DNA of 64,000 nucleotides, taken from assembly GCA_047495785.1 (NCBI GenBank), contig JBLDXI010000001.1:620001-684000 (forward strand), read 5' to 3'. The notes beneath the pieces are model-generated. The model worked only from the letters and a program-made list of their open reading frames with translations. It ran no database searches and was not told the DNA's origin. Numbering within the stretch: position 1 is the stretch's first letter; the number at the start of each line of letters is the position of its first letter. Positions 53,401-64,000 of this stretch are shown piece by piece. This stretch comes from Lepidodermella squamata. Lineage: Eukaryota; Animalia; Gastrotricha. A program made the position numbers and the translations under genes.

Positions 53401-54687
53401 AATAAGGTTTATAAACACCCCGGCAGTTCTCATTGTGTTGAGCCACTTTTCGTAGCATACATCTCTATGTTAAAGTTTCTCTGTTGCTGCTTTGGTCTCT
53501 CTCATATAATTATTGTAATCCATATATATCAAATGTATAATAGTTAGGGGACTGCACAGTCAAATTTATCCTCTAGATCGTGATTAAACTGCAACTCATC
53601 AATTTAACAAACCTGTTCCTTTTTACTAACACTGACATCCAATATTGGGTTGTGTCGAGTTTTGAGTGTTTTCGCCCGAATTTTACGTTAATTTTCTGTT
53701 TTATTTCATTTATTCGAGCAGTTTCAAGTATGCGCAAACCGGTGATGATGCGGTGCCCCCATTTTCGGCGTCTTCAATGGTGTCTGGCGGGCACATTCTC
53801 GAGGATCCGATGGCTGACGATACCGGCAGCTTGATGACGACTGGATCGGGTCACGGACACGTTGCGTTCGCTCAGAGCTACAACTTTCAGACCTCGCCCC
53901 ACGGCAACGCCGGTGCTGCGTTCATCTCGCGCGAACTCGCCGAGTTGAAAGAGCTCAAGACCGAAATGGAGCACATGCGTCGACAATTCGACAAGCTTGA
54001 CAAGCATTGGAACGACAAGCTGGAGAGCTTGCGCATTGAACTCACCGATGTCAAGTACCTGCTCGCGGCGAAACCGTCCCACGACGACATTCAAATCGTC
54101 AACAGGCGCTGCGAAGAATACTCGGCAACGTCGAATGACGCAGTCGAGCATCTGCGCAACGACGTCATGTTGACTCGCAGTGAATTGTCGCGCCAGGACC
54201 AAGATCTCGACAATTCGATTGAAAGGCTCCGTCGCAGGGTCGAAGAGCTTGACTTTGATGCTGTTGCCACAAGGCTCACTTTGGTAAGTTGGAAATTTGA
54301 CTATTTTAAGGAGGATTTTTTTTTAACTTAAAATTTTTCAGATTGAAGCCAAAGTTTCCCAAGTTAGCAATTACGTGCCTGGTCCCGAACCGTCCCTGAA
54401 AAATGTGGCTGCGAAACTGCTCAACGTTCTTTTTGCCCTTGTCGCTCTATTTCTGTTGTTGATTTCAACCGCTTTGTCTATGGCTGCTCCTTTCATCCGA
54501 ACAAGGTAAATATTCAAGTTAGAAAGAAAAAAGTTGCTTAATGGATTATTTTTATACTTTTAGGATTCGTATTATTGTAAGTGCAGTGCTAGCGTTGATT
54601 CTTGCGGTCGCTTATCATTTTTGGCTCTGGCGACTGTTCGCTGACGACGAAACACTGCTCGCTGTGCAAGACCAAATACCTTCGTGA
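47460..54687 (+). CDS. TMCC: TMCC/TEX28/Dementin-family ER transmembrane coiled-coil protein
   Basis: Exons 47460-47687, 50354-51117, 51186-51209, 52421-52517 (RKFGSADNL, the family motif), 52577-52870, optional small exons, about 53722-54282, 54342-54506 and 54563-54687. Coiled coils followed by two C-terminal TM segments (KLLNVLFALVALFLLLIST...PFIRTRIR...). Confidence 0.85.
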
Positions 54688-56857
54688 AGAAAATGGCTTA
54701 TTTTATTCAGTTAATTCGCGACGATTGCCTGATATTTTAAGTTTAACAAATTAAAAGCAATGGATCATGTTGATTATTAAATGTGGATATAAGACGGATG
54801 AGTGGCTAATTTCGTACTATTTTCAATGTTCTGAAAAATCGCCATAGGGTCTTTCGTTTCAATGAGCGCGCTCGTGTATTTTCTCTTCTCGCCCAAAACC
54901 ACCTTGACGTTGCACAGATGACGATGATTAGTAGTACTTTTTGCTTGTATTATTTTGATTCTTGCTTTAGCAATTGAAGCCATAATTGACGGGCACTCGG
55001 GCGCTGGTCGGTCTTTCTCAAGATTCAATAATTGTATAGGGAGGTCACTTATCTTGTGTCACTTCGAAATTTATAGGGTCGCCAAAACATCTTGCTGATA
55101 AAACTCCTCTTTTCATGTCCGTCCTTCGACCTCTTGGCAAACCACTAAAAGTGAGACCTTTGTTGCGATTTGGTTGCTGCATCTTTTTACCGCCGCCTTT
55201 AAGTACATTTTCAATGAAGGCCAATAATGTAAACCCGCACTCGTGAACAAACGTTTTTCGACTCCGCTGTCGGATCTGCCTTGTCTTTTAATTCTTCGGT
55301 TTTTCCATGACCTCCATCTGTGTCCACGCGATCATCAAGAATCGTTCGATAAGATGTTGCAGAACCCGGTTTATCTTCTAAATTTCTTAATTTGGATGAA
55401 AATCGTTTTATCGTCAATTGATTATCACTCTACTCTTATTTAATAATGATTGGAGGTGTAAACCAAATCGAAGCAAGTCAATCAGTCTGCACGCCCTCTT
55501 TTACTGTGAAGCCTTCCTTCCCTGTCCGGCTGGGTTGCGTCTTTATGAAAGGAAAGGTTAATAATTTTAGTTTTGTCTTTTTGATAACGATGCTGTTATA
55601 ATATATTATTATAAAAAATGATAAATCTATGTTTACAAACTAACTTTCGGACCTTCACGTGCGTAATCGTAGCTTAAAAAGTCACTGGTAACGGCGGATT
55701 CGACAGTATTTAGCGCTGCTTTCTGCCCTCGATTCTATTGTTGATCACTTTATTCTGATGGTGTAGAAACGGCAGTGTTATTTTTGTTTCCTAACGCAGT
55801 CAGTTGGAGAGTATCATCTATAATATTATTATATTTCAACGCTTTCTCTCGATCATAAACGCGGAACTCTTTCTCTCGCTCTCGCCCTTTCTCGCCCTCT
55901 TGTCTCTTTGTTTTCTCGCTTTTAACTCTCATTTGGCGGCGTGAAAAACCGCTAAAATTTATGATATTGAAAATAATCAGCCTCCGTATAATAATAAATG
56001 AAAAAAGTCGCATCGCAATTATTTCAGTCAAAATGTTGAACTCCCTGCGCGTTTGTAAATATGATTTTTTGTAAATACGTGATGATAATATGCAGTTTCT
56101 CCGTAAAAAAAGCAAACAGTCAATAATAGAAGAACAGTCTTCGATGATATCTCGTTTTCTTTTCGACTCCAGCATGAAAGTTAACTCTAGAGGCTTCTCT
56201 TTCGCCAAGGTGACTTATAGTTCACAGCTTTTCGTCATTTTGAGAATGATTTACCTCTCCGTGCTCAGAGACCTCTTTTTCTTGTTGATTGGAGAAATTG
56301 CTATATTATACAAAATGCTACTATCCATATTATATAAATTGTCAATTATTATATTATTATATTGAAACATCAAATACACTTCTTTTCTCTTATATATTTC
56401 GCTCTCATTGGATGATAATGATTACGATGATAGCAAGTCAACTGAACAGTGACATCAGAAAAAGCAGAAAATAAATCGGATAATTTTAAAATTTGATCTT
56501 TTGGTTCATTTTCATTTGGCGGGATCCAGCCAGTTTCAAGTCGCGCGTCCAGAAACACTGAGAAGCTTAACATGAAAACATGACACGTGCTCCATCCGCA
56601 ATAACATCGTCTAGTGCATTTTATTTCAAGGGGTTAAACAATCCTTTCGTGCTTTCCTGGTCAAAGTCCGCCTGATGCTTTCGTTATTGCACACTCCGGT
56701 TTCAACGGGACTCGTACATATACCATGTGCGTTGTAGTATCATCTGCCGAATACAAACTAAAGGTCGCTCTTTTCCATTGTCTGGTGGTTTATGCACGTA
56801 TGTACTCACTAGTAGCTTCATTTTATTGTTAGGCTATTATAATATCGTTAGCAGCCG

Positions 56858-58443
56858 ATGGAAGTGCTATTGAACCGGGCTTTGTGTTTTCGTTTACTCG
56901 CAGCAGCTTCCCGTATCAGCTTGTTACCCCGGTCGAGAAGCCTGTGTATATCCGCGGCTGAGATCGAAAAGCACCCAAAATGGCTGCAAGCCATTTTTCG
57001 TGACAAGCGTACCTACTTTGAAGACGTTCGCCACGTAGAAAAATGCTTCTTGACCGACGTCGAGCAAAACAAATCGCGGGCATGCTTTTCTTTTTCTTTC
57101 GATCACTCGCCCAAGCCCGAATATCGACGAATCGATACCAGCTTTGCGGCTCTTCGCGAGAGTTGCCGTTGCGACAAATGTTTTGCCTACAACGCTCAGC
57201 AGCGGAATAACAATCTAATCCACACCGATTTGAATGAAACACCGGCAGAGGCAACGTTCGATAAGCAAAATCAGCTGCTTCATGTGACCTGGGCGAGCGA
57301 CGGCCACAAGTCGGTTTTTTCTGGACCTTGGCTGCATGCCACTTTTACGCCACACCCTCTTTACGAGTACCCGAAGCACAAGCTATGGACTGCAGACAAA
57401 TATCTGAAAAATTTCCAGAGCTTCGATTTTCACAAGATTTGCACCGAACCGAAGTCGATGTTGCATTGTCTTCTTGGACTTGCTACTTATGGCCTGGTTA
57501 AAATTACGAAGGCGCCCCAGGCACCAGGAGCTTTGGAGGAGCTGTCTAAGCACATGAATTATATCAAGCGAACGCATTACGGGTAAACACTTTGACTCAT
57601 CAGCATTATGCATGAGCTAGAAATTTATCATTTTTTTTAGAACGGTCTTTCAAGTTGAAAACAAGCCTACTGTTACAAATATTGCGTACGCCTACGGAAA
57701 ACTGACTCAGCATATCGACTTGCCGTACTTCGAGTATATGCCAGGGGTAAATTGATTACCAGAAAATCAATTATTTTTTGCATTATTTCTGGGAATCTTT
57801 TTGAAATTAACAAACCCTTTCACACCCATTTTTTTCTTAATAATAGCTTCAATTTCTACACTGCATTCGACAATCGAAGAATGGCGGCGACAGCACATTT
57901 GCTGATGCATTCGCAGTTGCTGAATGGTTGCGAGAAAATAAGAAGGACGTCTTCGACATTCTAACCCAGACCAAGGTTTACGCGTACAACTACACAACTG
58001 ATGTATCTGACGGATTTTTGATGCAAAAAGTCGCACCTATCGTGCTGAATCCTGCTGATGGCTCAGTTAAACGAGTCGTATTTAGCAACCCAACATTCGA
58101 CACGCTGCGGCATTTGAACGTCGAACAACAACGCGATTTCCTCCACGCACTGCAATATTTCATGAAAAAACTGCAAACTTCTGAGTTCCGACTTGTATTT
58201 AAACTAAAAGAAGGTAGGGGGTATTTATAATCGATAGCCAATAATTAAGTGCCATTTTATCCAGGCGAAATCGCCATCTTTGACAATGTTCGCGTCACGC
58301 ATGGACGCGAGGCATTCGACCCGAGAGAAGCTCGCAAGCTTGAGGGCTGTTACATGGATTGGGACGAAATTTATTCAAGAATTCGGCTGATACAGTCACA
58401 GCTCTTCCGTCGTGAGCTAGCTAATCATTATCGGCCGCAGTAG
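56858..58443 (+). CDS. BBOX1: Gamma-butyrobetaine dioxygenase-like Fe(II)/2OG enzyme; exons 56858-57582, 57641-57747, 57847-58213, 58265-58443
   Basis: Zn motif LRESCRCDKC, WASDGHKSVF...WL, THYG, NIAY, HxD (HIDLPY), FDNVRVTHGR, LEGCYMDWD. Confidence 0.88.
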
Positions 58444-58859
58444 GCGATCTTTTCCGGATCGTCTTAGTAACTTTTTTCGCCGGTTGTCTGTTTATTCTTG
58501 TGGTTTTAAACTGTCGTAATCTGACGATAAATAAACTGACGCACGTGCATTTTATGATTTGTTTTGATCGACATAATCAAAGTTCTCTTCGATGGGTAAT
58601 GTGACCCGGTGAAATTCAACTTGGTTCTCTGAGAATTAAGCGGTAGCTGGTGAAGGACGGTGAAGTCAGTTTTATATCAGTTATTTTCGAAGTAAATTCA
58701 TTTTATAGAAAATTCCCAAGTTTTCGTAAGTTTTTTAATGCGCTAAAAACACCCGTTCGAACAATTCACGAGATTTTATTTTAAAATTATGGCAACAATG
58801 CGATAGAATGTGGAGGTATAAAATTAGTTGAGCTCGTTAGTTCAGCTGTGATATGCTCT

Positions 58860-59756
58860 CTACGATTTATCGTTCACCTGCGAAGGGCCATCTTCATCGG
58901 GCCCGCCCAACAGTGACCATTTCGATGCTACTTTTCGAGGCGGTCTCGGGCGCTGCTGGTTGCTCTCAGCAACAACGCGACTCGGCACGTTGAGAACGCC
59001 GTTGCGCCTCGCCATCCACGCCGCCTGGGCTGTTGTAGTCGTTGTCGTCGGCCTCGTTGATGTTGTCGTAGTAGGCTCTGGCGTCGTTGAAGTCGTAGTT
59101 GGCTCCTGCCAGTCAAATGGTGTGCACAGGACGACATTACTGTACAGCAGATGTTTCGTAGGATCGCGCTGAACTTCGAGCCATGCCTCTAAACAAGCCG
59201 GGAGCTTCCGACGACGAGTTGTAGCAGCGGGGAAACCCTCCTCGATAACTTTATTCACAACCCCATTTCCCTGCGCGCCAGAAATTGCCTCAGTGACGTA
59301 GTCAAAAGTTGTTGTTTCACCCTGGGTCGTAGGTTCCTCCGTTGTTGTTGTTGTAGATGGGGTGGAGGTCGAAGTTGTTCGAGTTGTTAACGTCGTGCGT
59401 CTGGTTGTTGTCCTGACAGTTGTCGTGCTTGGCCTTGGAGGGGTAGTGTAAAGAAACGGCGGGAAAAGTTTTACTCCTGCAAGAGATTCGCGCTTCTCAA
59501 CGCTATTCCAACTCGGCGACGGAAAGCAAAACAACCCGCAAGCAGTCGAACAGCAAACCTCCTGCCTCGTGCAAGATAGTTCGACGTAATAAGACGGCTT
59601 TGAACACGCCCCCTTCGTGCAGGGCGCCATGGTTTTCAAGTAAGCTGTATTTTCTGGTGAGCAATCCGTCGGCCTGTCATCGTCATAATTAGCGTGATAA
59701 TTTGCTGCAGCCAAAGCAACGAAAATCGAAAAAACAATAAACCTCAACATTTTCAC
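58860..59756 (-). CDS. Secreted protein with WAP-like 8-Cys domain and Thr-rich mucin-like tracts (single exon)
   Basis: Signal peptide; eight Cys ending C..EVCCSTACGLFC (four-disulfide-core spacing); two poly-Thr/Pro regions. Confidence 0.7.
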   Translation of the reverse strand: MKMLRFIVFSIFVALAAANYHANYDDDRPTDCSPENTAYLKTMAPCTKGACSKPSYYVELSCTRQEVCCSTACGLFCFPSPSWNSVEKRESLAGVKLFPPFLYTTPPRPSTTTVRTTTRRTTLTTRTTSTSTPSTTTTTEEPTTQGETTTFDYVTEAISGAQGNGVVNKVIEEGFPAATTRRRKLPACLEAWLEVQRDPTKHLLYSNVVLCTPFDWQEPTTTSTTPEPTTTTSTRPTTTTTTAQAAWMARRNGVLNVPSRVVAESNQQRPRPPRKVASKWSLLGGPDEDGPSQVNDKS

Positions 59757-59963
59757 GTGTTTAGTTCAAATTGTGTTGTTAAAACTGAAATTTTTCGTTT
59801 AGAGGATAGAGCTAAACAATTTCGAGCGGCGGAAATGGCACGCGACTTGTTGTTCAAGTAACACATGGCTCAACTTGCAATAACACTTTATTTTCAATTT
59901 TCTTCCAATAATATTTTAAAAAGAAATACTTTTTCGTCAATAAGATACACAGATCGTTAGCTT

Positions 59964-61430
59964 CTACCTAATGACAGGTAACAACAGTTGGCAAGTAATA
60001 TATACAGATATAACGGAATAAACGGTAGAAAAAAGTGATTGAGCTGAATTTGATTGGCGAGAGGCGAGGGCTTGTCTGGACGCGAAGTTGAATTTGTTGC
60101 GCTGTTTCCGTTGTTTAACCGGCAAATGAGCGGCCAAATCGAAGGCGGCTAGGCGCGTACACGACGGCGTTGAATCTTTGCATATCGCGAAGTCAGAGCC
60201 AGATGAAGCGAGCAGGTCGAAAATACACGCTGAGACATATTCGTTACCAACCGCAGCCAAGCATGCTTTACGAGCATCACGGATCGTGCGTTGATCGTAG
60301 CGACGCTGCGCAATTTCGGAGACGAGTTCGATTTTCTGCTGGTCGGCCGTGTTGTGACACCCTGACACGCACAAGTTGTCGTTGTCGCTGGTGAGGATCG
60401 ATCGAAGACGGCGACGTTCCATCCGGCTGGAAGAGGACGAAGTTTGCAGGGTGACTGAATGAAGAGCATCGTCGGTTCGACGCCGACGGACACGAAGGCG
60501 AAGACCAATGCGGCTGATCGAAACGTCGACGACACTGAAATCCTTATCGGAATGAGTAAAACTGAGACCGACTTCGTTGCCGAGCTGCACCGGGCCTTCG
60601 ACCATAGCCGCTACGACACCGCCGTCAGAGTCATTAGACGGCAACAGGTGAACCGTAGAAAGCGAGCCATTCAGCGAAAATGTGACAGAAATCTGGTTAA
60701 AATAGAAAGGATTAGAGGCTACCTTAAGCGGAGCTGATAGCGCTTACATTATGAAGTCGAGACAGATCACGCTGATGGTAATGCGCCTTGACAGCAAAAC
60801 GGCCGGCGACTTCATAGAGATTAGATGACCAAGTCGGCTGTTTGTGGGAACAGGTAACTAGTTCACCGGAGAAAGTGCGCAAGTGGCCTAATCCGAAGGC
60901 TTGGCAGGCACTAAAATTAAAAATAATAATAATACAGCGGGCAATAAATATTTTTTCAAAGCTTACAATAGCTCAGGCTTTCGATTTTGGCGGCGCGCTT
61001 TGTTAAGACGAACAGCCGGCTTTTGAATAACTATTTGATGAGCGTTATCGAGCGCGGATGCTTGCGTCGATGTTGACCAAGTAGTCGCTTCTGTCGATAG
61101 GAACTTTTTCCTTTTGCAGTCCAGTTGTTGCGTCCGAACACGAACCGATCGAATTTGCGTCTTGTAGTAGAAATCGTTCTGACACAAATCAGCGTAAGGT
61201 CGAAGGCAACGGCTGTAGTGCCGCCATGCTTTACATTCGGCTACTTGGTTAGCCCCGGCCGCTGTCGCCTCTTCGTACCAGTTCAACCAACACCGATCGA
61301 TGCCGTCGCAAGATAGAACCGGTTGATCTGGTAATGAGCTTCGTTTTTTGTGACCAGCTGATTGCTTTCCCGCCGATGTCATGGCGAGTGGAATCAGGAG
61401 ACACGCCGTGATAACTGGGGTGATTTGCAT
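59964..61430 (-). CDS. RGM: Repulsive guidance molecule (RGM/DRAG-1) homolog, divergent, GPI-anchored; exons 60967-61430, 60748-60910, 59964-60692
   Basis: Signal peptide, RGM-N Cys pattern (CKAWRHYSRCL...C.NDFYY...C), C..FG..HLRTF.....TC, LCVSGC, ACIFDLL, and a hydrophobic C-terminal GPI signal. Confidence 0.85.
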
Positions 61431-62743
61431 TGTGTGTTGCCAGAAAATCAGTGTTAAGCTATATGTTTTGTGTCTTCCCTGTGGAGGGTTAAATACGGTG
61501 ATATAGCTAGCCGCAGCTGTTAGCCGATTCCGGAACTGGTAACGGCTACTCGAGTACCTACTCCGGAGTCGTCAAATCAAACAGCAGTGACAAGCGGATG
61601 TATCTTGAGCGGCTGAAATCTCGCTAATCCTAATTCGGCCGCGCAAATATATGGGTGAAGTGGTTGGCGTGGGGCCAGTCAACTCGATGAAGGAGTAGTA
61701 GTAGCAGACGTAAACTGGCGCGCACTTGCTTGGCGCGTCGTCTATAGTTTGTGCGCAAATAAACACGCTTACAGGTGGGCCGCTCGGAAGTCGTTGTACT
61801 GAAGTTTTCCAAGGTTATCGTCAGCCGCCGATGAGAAACTGCGCGGTCTCTACGCGATAAGAACGTCGTGTAATTATACCTAATTAGTATATCGCGATCT
61901 CGTGTGAAAAGTGTGCTGGCTGCCGAGCTCAAACCAACAGAGGTCTCGCTGTGCTCGGTTTTGATACGACCCAAATTACACGCCGTAATAAAACAAATTG
62001 CCAAAACGAGATTTTGTGACGCAGCAGCCGCAGCAGCAGCGAGCCTTAGCACCCCGCCGGCTACTGTCTTACGGGCGGTGGTGGTGGTATTGACTCAAGG
62101 AGCTGATCGCCCGATTTCAGGCGTTAATCACGTTCTGTCAACTTGCATTGCGCACACACGAACAAAAGACACGCCGTTTGACAAATTGGCTTTATTTATT
62201 TCCAACGAAATTTCGATAGACGCATTTTGCGACTGCATGGCATCAACAAGAAGACATTAATAAATTCCACAACAAGAAGAAAAATTTAAAATTATTATGC
62301 GAGTGCGCAATAAAATTTTACTTGCGTGAGGAGAGTCGCAAAAATCATCAAATAATTTTCACTTTAAATAATAATATTCGTAAATAAATGAAATTCATTA
62401 ATAGTAAGCAAGTAATTATCGTAACAAAAATCGGTGCATTCGAATAAGAATTCTGCGAATCACCGCTTCGAATTGAAAAATCTGTACACTAAGTTTGACA
62501 ACTGTTTTCCTTTTGCACAGCATCGATAAGGCTTTTTCCATTCATCAAACGAAATCACACTGGAGTGTCTAATAATAACAACGGTTTTACACGCAGGGAC
62601 GAAATAGTCATTCCGTTTTCGATTAATAGGTAATAAATATCGAAAGTGAGACTGTGTAAGTCAAAATATCACACAAGAGCAAGTTGATTTTTTCCAGTAT
62701 AAATTAATCATGCAAAAACTGTCTCATTCACTCATTCCATTAG

Positions 62744-64000
62744 CTAGAAATGATGCGGATTGTTGAGAAGAACCTCCGTAACTGACATCGGGCCGCTACC
62801 TCCGGTCGCACTGACATAGTCGTCAAGATCGATCGATTGGCAAGCGCTGATTGCGTAACGCAGTCGCGCTTCGAGCACGTCACGGCACGAATAGCGCGGC
62901 AGCTTCAGCATGAAAAAACACGTCGAAGCCTCGGGCAAATAGGCATCGGCCGCGGGTGGTTCGCCAAACTTGTCCAGAGGTTGGATTACGAAATCTCGAC
63001 CTCGGAAATCACTCATTCGACGCGGCAGCCTCGATCGGCCCCAGACAAAGCGCAGCAATTGAGCTCTAAAAAGTAAAAAAATCGAAAAATTACTCACTTA
63101 AGAAAATTAAGGTGGATTGTTTACCTTTCTGAAGGCCTCAAATCTTCGACCACGTCCCAGAACCATCGAACAAGCGGCGAGTTGGCATCCAGACCGCCTC
63201 GATAAGAGGTGATCGAACGAAGAACATCAACCGAAACGTCAGGACTGCCGCATACCAGCCACTCGAGCTGCGCTGGGGTGAACAGCCGCAACAGTGGAAG
63301 CGGCACGACTCGGCCCAGACCATCAGCAATCCACTTGAGACACTCGTCGAATTCGTGTTGCCGGAATGCATATGCCGCGTTCAGGAATTGCTCGCGATTC
63401 GATGGGGTGATGACGGCGTTCTGACTGGCGTTCGTGTTGAGCAGTGGTACGAACTGGCCGAAAATATTCGGCACAGCCAGAGGCAGTTCCGACGCTCGCA
63501 GCAAATCGTCCGGCATTTGGGCGATTTCTCGCAGCGACGAGAACAGCGCCGGGTCGAGATCGCGCAGATCGCCCATAGACATGCCGTAGCTGGGCGAAGC
63601 AGTCAACAACCGCCACATCGCCGGCATTATCGAGACGGAGAGCGGGCTGCCGGTTCGAATGGCAATGCCCATTAAAACGCCGAGGAAGCGAAGGGATTCC
63701 GGTTTTCCGTCAGGTCGGAAAACGACGTGGTGAGGTGTATCTTCTCCACCCATGGCGACACCTAGTTGATTGTCTTCACTCGCGCATGGTGTATTGACCC
63801 CGCCGACGAGGTAAGCCGCACTGGTAAGACCAGCCTGAATTTCCTCACAAGCATCAGCGATGGAATCAGAAAAGCCGCCGCCACAATCGTCAACCGACTC
63901 GGCGACGAAACGAACTTTCCAGCAACGATTAGCCAGGAAAAGGCTGGATTCATTGAGGAGAGTCGGCAGCATCACAGCTAGCTGGTCGAAAACTGTTTGG
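62744..64000 (-). CDS. HERC2: HERC2 E3 ligase, C-terminal HECT domain (gene continues beyond the window)
   Basis: [45 protein letters not shown]...[29 protein letters not shown]. One intron near 63067-63125. Confidence 0.93.

Noticed and set aside
55750-56573. Short ORFs downstream of TMCC
   Set aside because: This is AT-rich, low-complexity sequence consistent with a long 3' UTR.
19907-64000. Two HECT ligases (NEDD4, HERC2) in one window as a functional cluster
   Set aside because: They belong to distantly related subfamilies, lie 40 kb apart, and are separated by unrelated genes.

Overview
This is a gene-dense window from a compact eukaryotic (animal, invertebrate-type) genome, with GT-AG introns mostly about 50-60 nt long. 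No prokaryotic features, rRNA, tRNA or CRISPR arrays were found. Spliced models were built by hand, because the ORF track fragments most genes. In order they are: two tandem SAXO/FAM154 paralogs (+), a short ADAMTSL/MADD-4-like gene (-), a secreted PAN + fibrinogen-related protein (+), MAU2 (-), NEDD4 (+), GATAD2/p66 (-), a TE-rich island with a LINE RT fragment, PDIA3 (+), two tandem TRPM channels (-), TMCC/TEX28 (+), a BBOX1-like dioxygenase (+), a WAP/mucin-like secreted protein (-), an RGM homolog (-) and the 3' end of HERC2 (-). The top candidate for novelty is the 7-exon gene at 13158-14905, where a ricin-B-type beta-trefoil appears inserted inside a fibrinogen (FReD) domain behind a PAN/apple domain. 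Other candidates are an RGM whose autocatalytic GDPH reads GLGH, TRPM paralogs with an atypical pore and a shared C-terminal motif, and a nested pair of non-autonomous DNA transposons with intact target-site duplications. All family assignments come from recalled motifs; no database searches were run.
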